This document shows, in pieces, positions 10,143-20,645 of a DNA stretch of 64,000 bases (position 1 is its first letter; each line of letters begins with the position of its first letter). The notes under the pieces were generated by a model. It did not search any database. It was given only the letters and a program-made list of their open reading frames with translations, and was not told where the DNA came from. The DNA is from Gammaproteobacteria bacterium. GTDB lineage: Bacteria; Pseudomonadota; Gammaproteobacteria; UBA4575. Both the position numbers and the translations under genes were made by a program. The DNA is taken from assembly GCA_965222615.1 (NCBI GenBank), contig CBDCUI010000008.1, forward strand, positions 32,001 to 96,000, in the 5' to 3' direction.

Positions 10143-10541
10143 ATGGCACTAGAAACTGAAGTAGTTAAGGCTTATTTTGATGCATGGAATGCTCACGATA
10201 CACAAGCTATTCTGAATACATTTACTAGTGAAGGTGTGTACAGTGATCCAATAGGAGGTCAAAATTTATTTGGGGATAACTACGTTGACTATGCAAACAG
10301 TTTATTCAATGCGTTCCTGGATTTGAGATTGGAGTTAATTGCTAACACTGTGGCTAGTAACGGTATGGTGGCTGCTCCTTGGTTGCTATTCGGCACTCAC
10401 CAAGGGCCGGTTGGAGATCTTCAACCTACAGGGCGTGAAATTACACTTCCAGGCTGTGATTTTATATCGATTGAAAATGGAAAAATAAAGGAAGTGCGAG
10501 GATATTTTGATCCTGATTTTTTATTTAGCCAGTTGAAGTAA
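10143..10541 (+). CDS. SnoaL-like/ester cyclase (NTF2 fold)
   Basis: YFDAWNAHD, GTHQG..PTGR, GKIKEVRGYFD. Confidence 0.85.
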   Translation: MALETEVVKAYFDAWNAHDTQAILNTFTSEGVYSDPIGGQNLFGDNYVDYANSLFNAFLDLRLELIANTVASNGMVAAPWLLFGTHQGPVGDLQPTGREITLPGCDFISIENGKIKEVRGYFDPDFLFSQLK

Positions 10542-10728
10542 CAAACTATCTTTGGAATTGTTTGGATCGAAATAGATAAGCGAAAACAAGGATGGCACTA
10601 CATGCTTGTTGGTACGATTGTGGTTAAACGAGTCATTCGAAATCAGACAAAGTGAGTGCCTAAAAAGCTTTTTTAGTACACATTTATGTTCTCTAGACAT
10701 AGTCTTAATCGAATGTCGAAATAATTTA

Positions 10729-10755
10729 TAAAGCCCCATTACTATGGGGTCTTTT
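10729..10755 (+). terminator. Hairpin, possible terminator
   Basis: CCCCAT-TACT-ATGGGG followed by TCTTTT. Confidence 0.45.
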
Positions 10756-10875
10756 CGTCTAGAAATTGAGATGATTATTACAAAATGCGACACATAAAAA
10801 GACTTATAATCAGCAAATTAATAAAAATACGGCTTTAATTCATTGACGAATTATATAAGTTCTTAGGGAGGAGAA

Positions 10876-11091
10876 ATGCCAAACGCAAGCCAGTGTTCAG
10901 ATGGCCGACATGCAGATAAATTAAATCAAGAGTGGAAACTAGTTGTAGATTATCGAGCTACTAGCCGAGGTGCGGATTCACTTGCTTATAAAAACGCGTT
11001 AATGAAAGCATCAGCAATTAAGAATCAAGTCATGATTCGAAGCTATAGAAAGCATAGCTACATTTATTGGGAAGTGTGGGAATATAGGTAA
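10876..11091 (+). CDS. Small hypothetical protein
   Basis: 71 aa; strong GGAGGAG Shine-Dalgarno directly upstream. Confidence 0.5.
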   Translation: MPNASQCSDGRHADKLNQEWKLVVDYRATSRGADSLAYKNALMKASAIKNQVMIRSYRKHSYIYWEVWEYR

Positions 11092-11167
11092 ACTTAGTGA
11101 ATAATATGATAACGTGATGTAATTTAAGTGATCACGTTCGTTAGAAAGTAGTTTTAGCAAAAATTGT

Positions 11168-11911
11168 TTACCAATAACTTTCTGTTGTAATCTGACCAGG
11201 GCTTCTACGTAAATTTTTCTTTAGACCTTTTTTTGTTAATGCCTTGCGAGTATCGACAAGCATATCTGGATTACCGCAAATCATGACTTGAGAATTTTCA
11301 GGAGTGATTTTAATTTTTACTTTTTCCTCAAGCGTGTCATTTTTAATAGCCGCTGGTATGCGTCCACTCAATGCAAAATCAGTAGTTTCACGACTTACAA
11401 AAGGCACTATCTGAAAACGTTTTGCATGCTCGTCAAGAAAAGTTTGAATAGTATCTTGATAGGTTAGTTCTTTTGTAAACCGCACAGCGTGTACTAGCAC
11501 AATGTTTTCAAAGCGATTCCAAACCTCATCTGATTTTAGAATCGACAAAAATGGGCCAATCCCCGTTCCGGTTGCCAGCATCCACATATCTCTACCATCT
11601 GGCACCTCGTTTAAAGTAAAAAAACCATTAACACGCTTGTCGATCCAAATAGAGTCACCGGCTTGTAATTCTGATAATCTTGGAGATAACGGTCCTTCAG
11701 AAACGGTAATGGAATAAAATTCATATGCAGTTTCATGTGGCGCGTTTACGAAAGAATAGGGACGTCCCACTATTTGCCCTTCAATATCTAATCCAAGACG
11801 ACCATACTGACCTGCTATAAATGGATCGATGTTTGCTTCTATACGCAGTGAATAAAGAAGATCAGTCCAGTGTTTATTCTCAATTACCTTTCCTTGAACC
11901 CAATTGCTCAT
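11168..11911 (-). CDS. fpr: Ferredoxin--NADP+ reductase
   Basis: RPYS, GPLS, TGTGIGPF, MICGNPDM, terminal ESYW. Confidence 0.93.
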   Translation of the reverse strand: MSNWVQGKVIENKHWTDLLYSLRIEANIDPFIAGQYGRLGLDIEGQIVGRPYSFVNAPHETAYEFYSITVSEGPLSPRLSELQAGDSIWIDKRVNGFFTLNEVPDGRDMWMLATGTGIGPFLSILKSDEVWNRFENIVLVHAVRFTKELTYQDTIQTFLDEHAKRFQIVPFVSRETTDFALSGRIPAAIKNDTLEEKVKIKITPENSQVMICGNPDMLVDTRKALTKKGLKKNLRRSPGQITTESYW

Positions 11912-12021
11912 TAGATTTATTACTTTAAAAATTTAGCCTGCACGCAACATAGAGGTGCATTAAGTAAAAATCAACTATTCACGCCTAGATAGATAGGCGT
12001 GAATAGTACGAATAATATTAA

Positions 12022-12669
12022 TTATTTACTTGCTGGGAGATTTATATCAGGTGGGCTAGCGGGTTTGCCACTGAATAAATTTATAAAGAAGTTGAATATG
12101 CGTTTTACACCACGCCACAATTTTGGCAATAACCAAATTGCTAGTATTAAGAACAATACAAGTAATGCAATAAACACATACGGGTGTTGAATTGAAGCCC
12201 AAATTCCTGCAAACACGGCAATATCCTCAAGAATTGAAGCGGTCCAATTCGTTACTGGTTCGGGCGAGGTATTGATCATTACACGGCTACCCGTTTTTGT
12301 GAAATGACTTCCGGCAGCAATACTACCTCCGACAATTGCTGCGGCTAATTCAGCTGCAGGTTGTACGTCACCAATGGCACCGGCAGCGAGTAACGCACCT
12401 GCTGGTATTCTTACAAAAGTGTGTAAAGTATCCCATCCGGTATCCACGCCAGGGACTTTATCCGCAAAAAATTCGACTGCATACATCAAGCCAGCCGCAC
12501 CCAGTACCAATGGATCTCCTACCACTTGCAAGTCTGCAGGTAGCTCAACATAACCGGTGTTAGACATGATGCCCAATGCCAATAAGGTACCATAGAGATT
12601 GATACCACTTGCCCATGCGACACCCATGGTTAAGGCAATGGTTTGTGCTAGTGTTGAAAATTCGTCCAA
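12022..12669 (-). CDS. DUF4126-type membrane protein
   Basis: WASGINLY, EFFADKVPGVD, NTSPEP. Confidence 0.8.
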   Translation of the reverse strand: MDEFSTLAQTIALTMGVAWASGINLYGTLLALGIMSNTGYVELPADLQVVGDPLVLGAAGLMYAVEFFADKVPGVDTGWDTLHTFVRIPAGALLAAGAIGDVQPAAELAAAIVGGSIAAGSHFTKTGSRVMINTSPEPVTNWTASILEDIAVFAGIWASIQHPYVFIALLVLFLILAIWLLPKLWRGVKRIFNFFINLFSGKPASPPDINLPASK

Positions 12670-12818
12670 ATCGAATACCCCTTACATATGACAGTACTTA
12701 TTTGACCATAGAAGTTATGAAGAGTGCCCTGGATACAGTAGCTTACATTAAAAAATAAGCGGTTAAAAAGAGTAAATTTATCAAGGAAAAGCTTGAAAAA
12801 GGGCTTCTTCGCCCCCAT

Positions 12819-13154
12819 TTATTCTGCATTTATTGCCTCTAGGTAGAGCTCGATTCGGTCTTGTATTACACGCACAGGATAACGTTTCAATGGTTCGGTA
12901 GCAGGTTCTTCGATAGGTTTGCCAGTACGTACACTGAAGCGGCTGCCATGCAAAGTGCAACTAATCAGTTCACCTTTAAGACAACCAAGTGATAAAGAAG
13001 AGTCTTCATGAGTACACATATCGTCAACGGCATATATTTTGTTTTCAACATTGGCCAGTAAGATATCGCCACTACTTGTAGTAATTTTTAGTGTTTGACC
13101 AGAGGGGATATCTGATAATGATGCTACCTCAATGTATTTTAATTTAGAGCCCAT
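12819..13154 (-). CDS. Rieske-type [2Fe-2S] ferredoxin
   Basis: CTH...CTLHGSRF. Confidence 0.9.
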   Translation of the reverse strand: MGSKLKYIEVASLSDIPSGQTLKITTSSGDILLANVENKIYAVDDMCTHEDSSLSLGCLKGELISCTLHGSRFSVRTGKPIEEPATEPLKRYPVRVIQDRIELYLEAINAE

Positions 13155-13186
13155 AGTTAAAAGGATGGAAGTTGGTAAACTGACAT

Positions 13187-13435
13187 TTGTTAATCATGCC
13201 GTACTTTGTTTATAAAATCACATCAGGCTCCACAGGAGCCATCAAAGAACTTGAGTTCATTGAAAAATATGATGAGTTCAAGCAAGCAAAAAAATTTGCT
13301 AGAGAAAAGCGTTCTCAAATGGAGCTGGATAACAGAATAGCAATTAAAATGATCTTTGCAGAAGACGAGTTAGAAGCTGAGCAAAGACTTCGTGAGCCAA
13401 GGAATGCGCCAATCTTGAGAGAATGGGAAAAATGA
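13187..13435 (+). CDS. Hypothetical protein (start may be ATG 13196)
   Basis: 82 aa ORF, MPYFVYKI..., 9 bp upstream of next ORF. Confidence 0.7.
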   Translation: MLIMPYFVYKITSGSTGAIKELEFIEKYDEFKQAKKFAREKRSQMELDNRIAIKMIFAEDELEAEQRLREPRNAPILREWEK

Positions 13436-13444
13436 TTTTATCTA

Positions 13445-13906
13445 ATGGATGAACATCAATACAGATCTACTTATCATTCCATTAACCCAGATCGCTGTGT
13501 ATTTGAAAAAGCTATAAATTCAAGAGTTTGTAATTGCAATAAAGCACAACGTTTTAATCTTGCAGATCGTGAAGGTGTTGCGTGTAATTCCAAACAAGGG
13601 CGACAACGTTGTAGTGTTTTGATCTCTCGATTACACAGCAATGCAAGGTTTGTTTTTCAACACGTAGAAATAAATCAAATACCGGCTCATACTGAAGAGA
13701 TTAAAATACAAAATGGCGGACTGTTAGGGCTACAATCTCTAGTTAGTAATAGCAATCAAGGTGTGAAGGATATAGATAGCCTGTTAGATGATTTAGTAAG
13801 CGAGTATAAAAACCTAAAAAAACTTCCTTACTCAAAACTTATGCAGTTTATATCTAATTACCAACTTCGCCCTAGACGGAACAGATTGAGAAAAAATAAT
13901 CATTAG
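13445..13906 (+). CDS. Uncharacterised Cys-rich protein, paralog of 47851-48267
   Basis: CVF...CNC...VAC...RC...KIQNGGLLGL. Confidence 0.75.
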   Translation: MDEHQYRSTYHSINPDRCVFEKAINSRVCNCNKAQRFNLADREGVACNSKQGRQRCSVLISRLHSNARFVFQHVEINQIPAHTEEIKIQNGGLLGLQSLVSNSNQGVKDIDSLLDDLVSEYKNLKKLPYSKLMQFISNYQLRPRRNRLRKNNH

Positions 13907-13923
13907 TGAATTAGCTAATTGAA

Positions 13924-14511
13924 GTGGCGAGAACGAAACTAGATCAATTATTAATTAAAGTTCGCTCTTGTCGTGTTTGTGAGCCAGAACTTCCCTTGGG
14001 TGCAAATCCTATTCTACGTGCTAAACGTAGTGCACGAATATTGATAATTGGTCAAGCACCAGGCACAAAAGTACATCATAGTGGTATTCCTTGGAATGAT
14101 CCGAGTGGCAAACGTTTGCGTGAATGGATGAATCTAAACGAAGATGTATTTTATAATGAATCTAAAATTGCAATTATACCGATGGGTTTTTGTTACCCTG
14201 GCAAAGGAAAATCAGGTGACCTTCCACCACGTAAGGAATGTGCAGAACTATGGCATAATAAATTATTAAAGCTTTTGCCCAATATTCAACTTACCTTGCT
14301 CATTGGACAGTATGCACAAAAAAGTTATTTAAATGATCTGGGGCCAACGTTGGCAGAGACTGTAAAAAACTGGAAGAGATATGGCCCGAATTATTTTCCT
14401 TTGCCTCATCCTTCACCTAGAAATATAAGATGGTTTAAAAAAAACAGTTGGTTTGAATCGCAAACTATTCCACAATTACGCAAAAAAGTGTCTTCAATAT
14501 TATCCCAATGA
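13924..14511 (+). CDS. Uracil-DNA glycosylase superfamily protein
   Basis: IIGQAPG, WNDPSG, GFCYPG, LPHPSPRN. Confidence 0.88.
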   Translation: MARTKLDQLLIKVRSCRVCEPELPLGANPILRAKRSARILIIGQAPGTKVHHSGIPWNDPSGKRLREWMNLNEDVFYNESKIAIIPMGFCYPGKGKSGDLPPRKECAELWHNKLLKLLPNIQLTLLIGQYAQKSYLNDLGPTLAETVKNWKRYGPNYFPLPHPSPRNIRWFKKNSWFESQTIPQLRKKVSSILSQ

Positions 14512-14564
14512 TTCTAAATGAGTAAGTGGTTCGCATGTATGCAGTAGGTGTATAGGAGACTTAT

Positions 14565-14957
14565 ATGACAGAAGAAAATACTAAAGTCGAGCATTCCCAA
14601 ATTCTTAGTACAGGCATAGAGAATTATGAAAACTTAAAAGACATAACAACACTAGTTTATGTTTTACAGGCCGTTGCTTTGCTTATTCCACCCACGGCAA
14701 TTGTTGCCGTGATTATCAACTATGTGAAACGCAGTGAGGTAAAAGGCTCGATTTTAGAAAGTCATTTCCGCTGGCAAATTCGAACTTTTTGGTTTTCATT
14801 ACTTTGGTTTGGGCTTGCATCAATTCTTATCTTCACAATTATTGGGGGGATTATTGGATACCCAATACTGGTCGTGGCCTACATTTGGTGGATCTATCGC
14901 GTAGTGAAAGGCTGGCTCAACTTGAATAAAAAACTGCCAATGTATTCGTCTGGATAA
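14565..14957 (+). CDS. DUF4870-type membrane protein
   Basis: IINYVKR, ESHFRWQIRTFW, IYRVVKGWL. Confidence 0.8.
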   Translation: MTEENTKVEHSQILSTGIENYENLKDITTLVYVLQAVALLIPPTAIVAVIINYVKRSEVKGSILESHFRWQIRTFWFSLLWFGLASILIFTIIGGIIGYPILVVAYIWWIYRVVKGWLNLNKKLPMYSSG

Positions 14958-15113
14958 AAGTTGATTTAATCGCTTTTATAAAAATAAAATTTTTAAAAAA
15001 CAATAAATTATAAAATTATATAGAACATATCTAAATAGGAATATTATAAAATACTAATATAGTACTTATAATTGTCCATAATAAATTTTTAATCTTTACT
15101 TAAGGAATGAGTT

Positions 15114-15227
15114 ATGGACAAACTAATTGGAAAAATCGATGATTTCGTAACATCTCTTTGGATAGAAACCGCAGGACTTACTGTAGTTATGTCCTTGATA
15201 TTTGCGATAGCGATTAATCTTTTTTAA
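15114..15227 (+). CDS. 37-aa single-TM small protein (not in ORF track)
   Basis: MDKLIGKIDDFVTSLWIETAGLTVVMSLIFAIAINLF*; AAGGA SD upstream; terminator downstream. Confidence 0.55.
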   Translation: MDKLIGKIDDFVTSLWIETAGLTVVMSLIFAIAINLF

Positions 15228-15257
15228 ATAAAACCCCTTCTTCATAAAATAAACAAT

Positions 15258-15290
15258 GCCAGTATGGCTCTTCGCTATACTGGCTTTTTT
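15258..15290 (+). terminator. Rho-independent terminator
   Basis: GCCAGTAT...ATACTGGC followed by T tract. Confidence 0.7.
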
Positions 15291-15432
15291 ATTTTTAAGC
15301 AAATCAACCAGCTGTATTCCAGTCATATCAAATAAACTGCTTTGATTTTCTGTAGTATTTTCTGTAAGGGAACTTGTTTTTGCGATCAGCTTCTAAAATC
15401 ATAGTAGCTACTCCAATACAATACTAATATAT

Positions 15433-16257
15433 ATGAAGCTATTTCCATTTTTAATTGCGGGTTTAGTTTTTGTCTGTAACAACGTGCAGGCAGATACCCT
15501 GTTATTAGCACATGGATATATGGGTTCAAGCCAACAATGGCATCGAGCCGGCATCGTTACACAACTTGACCGCGTAGGTTGGCATCATGCCGGCAACTTA
15601 AATTTAGTTAATGAAGTTGTGCGTGTTCAAAAGCTTGTGCCTTCGGGTATGCGGCGCATGTATACACTAAGCTTTCAAAGTGAGAAATCTATACAAGCTC
15701 AAGCCGAACAAATGCATAAATACGTTGAGCATATTCGACAGCATCATCCAGACGAACAAATAATATTAGTTGGACATTCGGCCGGCGGTGTAGTGGCTAG
15801 ATTGTATATGGTCGAGCAATATCGCGATGACCTTATTGCCTTAATTACTATAGCTAGTCCTCATTTAGGAACGGATAAGGCGGAATACGTAGAGCTATTG
15901 TCACAAAATTTATTTGCTTGGTTAGAGCCAATTCCAGGACTTAACACATTGTATAAATCACAAGGACTTTTTTTTGATCTTATTCCAAATCGATCTGATA
16001 ACTTAATTGGTTGGTTAAACTATCAAGTGCATCCTGCTGCGCAATATTTCTCTATTGTGCGAGAACCAAGCGATGATTCAATTATGGCAAATATCCCGGT
16101 GCAAGATTTTATCGTTCCAACATGGAGTCAAGACATGAATGAAGTATATGCGTTGCGTGGTAGAAGCAAGACTTATCGATTGGGTACAATGCATGGCCTA
16201 AGTAAAAAAGATGGCGAACTGCTACAAAAAATTTTAATAAACTTATATTCGATTTAG
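15433..16257 (+). CDS. Exported lipase/esterase-like alpha/beta hydrolase
   Basis: Signal peptide, LAHGY, GHSAGG, IASPHLG. Confidence 0.85.
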   Translation: MKLFPFLIAGLVFVCNNVQADTLLLAHGYMGSSQQWHRAGIVTQLDRVGWHHAGNLNLVNEVVRVQKLVPSGMRRMYTLSFQSEKSIQAQAEQMHKYVEHIRQHHPDEQIILVGHSAGGVVARLYMVEQYRDDLIALITIASPHLGTDKAEYVELLSQNLFAWLEPIPGLNTLYKSQGLFFDLIPNRSDNLIGWLNYQVHPAAQYFSIVREPSDDSIMANIPVQDFIVPTWSQDMNEVYALRGRSKTYRLGTMHGLSKKDGELLQKILINLYSI

Positions 16258-16261
16258 CATT

Positions 16262-16795
16262 ATGAAAAATTATATTTATTATTTAGTAATTGGAATTACT
16301 TTTTTTGTAATTTCTATATTCAATACTGGGTGTGTATCTTCAGACCAAGCGCAAACTAAAAATAATGTAAATCTTGAGGTTGTAGAAACCCCTGCATCAT
16401 TTGCTTTGCAAGAGCGATTTATTAGCAAACTTAATCAATTGCGAGCTGAAGGTAGAAAGTGTGGTGATCAATATTTTCCCGCAGCAAAGCCCCTGAAAGT
16501 AAATAAGCGTTTAACGCAAACTGCCTATCAGCATTCTAAAGACATGTCCGAGCACCAGTTTTTGGATCATCATAGTTCTGATGGTGACACTTTAGTAGAA
16601 CGTTTAGAGGAAGCTGATTATAAATGGCGCACTGCAGGAGAAAATGTTGCGCATAATCAACGCAGCATAGAAGAAGTTTTAGAAGATTGGTTGAGTAGCC
16701 CTGGACATTGCAGCAATATGATGTCTGCGGAATATAACCAGACAGGGATTGCACAAGTAAATTGGTATTGGACGCAGGTATACGCTAAGCCGTGA
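16262..16795 (+). CDS. CAP/SCP-domain lipoprotein
   Basis: HSKDM, GENVA, WLSSPGHCSN; lipobox-like TGC. Confidence 0.88.
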   Translation: MKNYIYYLVIGITFFVISIFNTGCVSSDQAQTKNNVNLEVVETPASFALQERFISKLNQLRAEGRKCGDQYFPAAKPLKVNKRLTQTAYQHSKDMSEHQFLDHHSSDGDTLVERLEEADYKWRTAGENVAHNQRSIEEVLEDWLSSPGHCSNMMSAEYNQTGIAQVNWYWTQVYAKP

Positions 16796-17030
16796 ATGGC
16801 ATATGTGTTCAACACATAGATTGCATTTATCAAAATACAAATTTGCTAGGGTCGTTTATTATTAGTTTTTCCTACATATAATTTGACTGCATCGTTCTAA
16901 ACGCCGGTCGCTATTGATTAAGGGGCTGTATATTTTAATTAATTAGCTGCTCGATATACATTTAAAGTACTAGATATTGTTTATTTGAAAAGATAAACTT
17001 TTCTATAGCTGTAACATTACTGGGGGCCGC

Positions 17031-18038
17031 ATGAGAAGTTACAAATCACCCTTTATCTTAATCGTATTCACTTTTACATTTTTTGCATGTAGTGGTGGAG
17101 GTGGAAGTAGTGGTGGAAGTTCGGTAGCTCCATCAACATGTACTGTACCTACAAATACTATAGCGATCACTGTAGCCAATGCAGAGACGGTTGCTAGTGA
17201 GGTTGTGGGTGCAGTTCAAGCTATACTGGCATTTGCTAATTTGAATGGTGCTTTTATTGATTTTTTGAATCTACCAATATCAAACCCTACAACTGTAGTA
17301 TGTGGCAGTGGCGGCAACCTTAGCTTAACAGTGACTGACTTCGATGCATCAGCAACAATTACGCTAGGTGATTTATTATCTACCAATTTTTCAAACTGTG
17401 TTCTTATGTCAGGATCAATTAACGGTATATTTGAAGCGTTGATTAACAGTGCATCGGGAGTAGGCGTTGGTAGTATTGTTGCCACAAATGATTGGGCGTT
17501 TAATATTGATGGTAACTTGGTCAATTTGAGTTCTATCGACAATAATATTAATGTAACTGCCGATGGTGATGTAACTTCAAACGTGAATTTTATTTTTGCA
17601 GCTCTTCAACTTGTTGCGACTGCTACGAACTCGGCATTTACTTTTTCTTTTGCAGGCGGTCAGTGTGGATCAATACAAAATGCATCCATTACTTCTACTG
17701 CAACCAATGTGACAACAAATCCTTCGGCATATTTTGTTAATGTAAATCCTTCCGGGCAAGTTTTGACTGTAGCCAGTACGAGATTTGCAGGTGTTGTTAC
17801 AGCTCGAACCGTGACTGCATTTGGGGGCATGGAAAACCTAGATGATGATATGGATGGAGAAATCGATGAGTATTTTTCTGAAATAGATTTGCCTGATTCT
17901 GGAGTTCTTAGAATTGATGGCTTGACATCAAGTGCTATTGTTAACGTTATGGCAGGAGGCCTGGTACGAATTGACGTTGATGAAAATGGCGATGGAGTGG
18001 TGGATCAAATGATCAATACAACGTGGACTGCATTGTAA
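17031..18038 (+). CDS. Hypothetical beta-rich lipoprotein with Ca-binding-like loops
   Basis: FFACSGGGGSS lipobox; DFDASA, DDDMDGE, DENGDG; Thr/Ser/Asn rich. Confidence 0.7.
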   Translation: MRSYKSPFILIVFTFTFFACSGGGGSSGGSSVAPSTCTVPTNTIAITVANAETVASEVVGAVQAILAFANLNGAFIDFLNLPISNPTTVVCGSGGNLSLTVTDFDASATITLGDLLSTNFSNCVLMSGSINGIFEALINSASGVGVGSIVATNDWAFNIDGNLVNLSSIDNNINVTADGDVTSNVNFIFAALQLVATATNSAFTFSFAGGQCGSIQNASITSTATNVTTNPSAYFVNVNPSGQVLTVASTRFAGVVTARTVTAFGGMENLDDDMDGEIDEYFSEIDLPDSGVLRIDGLTSSAIVNVMAGGLVRIDVDENGDGVVDQMINTTWTAL

Positions 18039-18145
18039 ATTAATCCTAATTTTCATCTATATCAAAATTCTATGTATCCAAAAAGCGTGACTTATTTGTT
18101 TTTTTGTTCAATCCATAATCACAACAAACAAAGCCCCAATAAAAT

Positions 18146-18958
18146 CTAGAATACAGATGAACTCAATTCATTAACTGCAGTTAACATTTCAGCGTCATCG
18201 GTTAATGCTTGTGAAATACAGCTTGAACAAGCAGTAACCGGATTAACACCGGTAACAATCAATTTTCCTGCATGCACTAACAAACGTGTACTCGCACCTT
18301 CGTCTAAACCACTGCCTTTTAAGTTACGAGTCATCTGTGCGAACTTGATTAGCTGTTTTGCGACATCTTTGTCTACTCCAGTTTCTTTTTCCACAATTTT
18401 TTGTTCAATGGCTGCGTCCGGGTAATCAAATTCCAGTGCAACAAACCGTTGGCGAGTACTTTGTTTAAGGTCTTTTAATACACTTTGATAACCGGGGTTA
18501 TAAGAAATCGCCATACAAAATTCCGGCGGGGCTTCTAAAATCTCACCCAATTTTTCCATGGGTAATACACGTCGATCATCACAAAGTGGATGGATAACTA
18601 CAGTTGTGTCTTTACGTGCTTCTACGATTTCATCTAGATAACAAATACTGCCGGCCCTGACTGAACGTGCCAAGGGTCCGTCAACCCATACAGTTTCAGC
18701 GCCGGTGACTAAATAACGTCCAACCAAATCGGAAGCAGTTAAGTCATCATGACAGGAGACTGTGATTAATGGTCGTTTCAATTTCCAACTCATGTATTCC
18801 ATAAAGCGAGTTTTGCCACAACCAGTGGGGCCTTTAAGTAAAACCGGAAGCTCGTTATTATAAGCCGCATCAAACACTTCAATTTCGTCCTTAACGGCTT
18901 CATAATATGGTTCTTCCTTAATGAAATATTCTTCAGGTTTGAAAGATTTAGCTTGCAT
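18146..18958 (-). CDS. CbbQ/NirQ/NorQ family AAA+ ATPase
   Basis: GPTGCGKT, CYLDEIVEAR, SYNPGYQ, LKQSTRQRF, STRLLV. Confidence 0.92.
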   Translation of the reverse strand: MQAKSFKPEEYFIKEEPYYEAVKDEIEVFDAAYNNELPVLLKGPTGCGKTRFMEYMSWKLKRPLITVSCHDDLTASDLVGRYLVTGAETVWVDGPLARSVRAGSICYLDEIVEARKDTTVVIHPLCDDRRVLPMEKLGEILEAPPEFCMAISYNPGYQSVLKDLKQSTRQRFVALEFDYPDAAIEQKIVEKETGVDKDVAKQLIKFAQMTRNLKGSGLDEGASTRLLVHAGKLIVTGVNPVTACSSCISQALTDDAEMLTAVNELSSSVF

Positions 18959-19278
18959 AGTGGTCGTTACATTACTAATAGGTTCTCAATAGTACTGTTT
19001 ATCAAAGTTTCTCGCACAATAATATTAATCAAGATCAGGATGTAAATTTACAGGTTTATGTAAGATGAGCAGTTCTTTATGTACATTACACAGAATTATC
19101 TATGGCTTGCGACTATAGACTGTATAGGAATCCTAAATAAGTTCTGAAAATGAATAACTTACACCACAGTGATATAAAGGTACTTAAAAGCACTATAATT
19201 TTATTTTTATTGAATTGTTACAGAATAGCTAGCAGACTTATCGGCCCAAAAAAATAACTTTAGCGGAAAACCTTAATT

Positions 19279-20127
19279 ATGTTCGATGTTAATCCATTCG
19301 CCGAACTTTCGGCATTAATTTCGCCCTCAATTTTGCAGGGGTATGTCGTGCTGATGTTTGCCTTGGTTGTCGTCGGCACAATTCTCGACATGGCTCACAA
19401 AAAGAGTGCCCAGTACTTTTTCGAAAATGCTGAAAAAGCAAAAAAGAATGCGAAACGCACTTTAAGCGGTGGCGAAAAGGCCTCGTTAGCCGTTGCTACT
19501 GTAGCGAATGAAGTATTAACCTCCGCTGAATTTGCAAGCAGACCAAATCGTCGCTTTTCTCATCTACTGACCATGTATGGTTTCATTATTTTTGTTGTAA
19601 CTACCGCATGGTTGATTTTTGCTTATGCCACTCAGGCTAATGCACCAACAATTTTGACTGCTTTGTGGCACATCGGCGCCCTCATGCTGTGTGTGGGTGG
19701 TTACTGGTTCTGGTTCTTCATCCGTGTAGACGTCTCTTCTGAAGGCGTGAAGTGGTACAACTTCAACGGTCGTGGCGACATTTTTATTGTCGGCTTAATT
19801 AGCATGGCTACATTCGCATTACTATGGTCCTGGACATTGGGCGGCGGTTTGCTGAACATGATTTTCTTGGTGTTGTTCATTGCCTCTGCCACTATCTTGT
19901 TCAGCACGGTGTTTTGGTCCAAATTTGCCCACATGTTTTTCAAGCCTGCTGCGGCATATCAGAAGCGTTGCATCAAGGCGGACGGTTCATATGAAAATCT
20001 ACCCGAGCTTGGAGACCTTTCTGATCCTGCCATACAGGCAAAATATCCGGACATACCGGAATATATGGGCGAGAATCCGCCCAACATGGGGCTTGGAATC
20101 AAAGCTGAAGCCCCTCGTCATTATTAA
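19279..20127 (+). CDS. aprM: APS reductase membrane anchor
   Basis: HKKSAQYFF, WFFIRVDV, WSKFAHMFFKP; directly upstream of aprBA. Confidence 0.9.
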   Translation: MFDVNPFAELSALISPSILQGYVVLMFALVVVGTILDMAHKKSAQYFFENAEKAKKNAKRTLSGGEKASLAVATVANEVLTSAEFASRPNRRFSHLLTMYGFIIFVVTTAWLIFAYATQANAPTILTALWHIGALMLCVGGYWFWFFIRVDVSSEGVKWYNFNGRGDIFIVGLISMATFALLWSWTLGGGLLNMIFLVLFIASATILFSTVFWSKFAHMFFKPAAAYQKRCIKADGSYENLPELGDLSDPAIQAKYPDIPEYMGENPPNMGLGIKAEAPRHY

Positions 20128-20162
20128 TACTTATCTGTAACGAATTTAGTGAGAGAAATATT

Positions 20163-20645
20163 ATGCCTACCTTCGTATATATGACTCGTTGCGACGGTTG
20201 TGGACATTGTGTTGATATCTGTCCTTCAGACATCATGCACATCGACACAACTACTCGACGAGCTTATAACATTGAGCCAAACATGTGCTGGGAGTGCTAC
20301 TCCTGTGTAAAGGCTTGTCCCCACAACGCGATTGATGTTAGAGGTTACGCTGACTTCGCCCCATTGGGTCACTCGGTACGTGTTATCCGTGATGAAGAAA
20401 AAGGTGTCATTGCTTGGCGCATCAAATCCCGTAACGGTAAAAAAGACATGAACCTGCTGGCACCTATCACGACAAAACCATGGGGTACGGCAATTCCGCA
20501 ACTGAGTGAAGAGGCAGCTCCAAGTCAGGAAATGCGTGATAGTCAATTACTTTTCAACGAACCAAAATACATTCGCATGGACGATGATGGATTGCACACG
20601 CTTGAGTCGAACGGCTTGAAGATGAAAGAAGGGGTCTACTACTAA
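20163..20645 (+). CDS. aprB: Adenylylsulfate reductase beta subunit
   Basis: MPTFVYMTRCDGCGHCVDICP...CWECYSCVKACP. Confidence 0.97.
   Translation: MPTFVYMTRCDGCGHCVDICPSDIMHIDTTTRRAYNIEPNMCWECYSCVKACPHNAIDVRGYADFAPLGHSVRVIRDEEKGVIAWRIKSRNGKKDMNLLAPITTKPWGTAIPQLSEEAAPSQEMRDSQLLFNEPKYIRMDDDGLHTLESNGLKMKEGVYY

Noticed and set aside
18146-18958. cbbQ as evidence of a Rubisco operon
   Set aside because: No cbbL/S/M/O in the window, so the symbol is withheld
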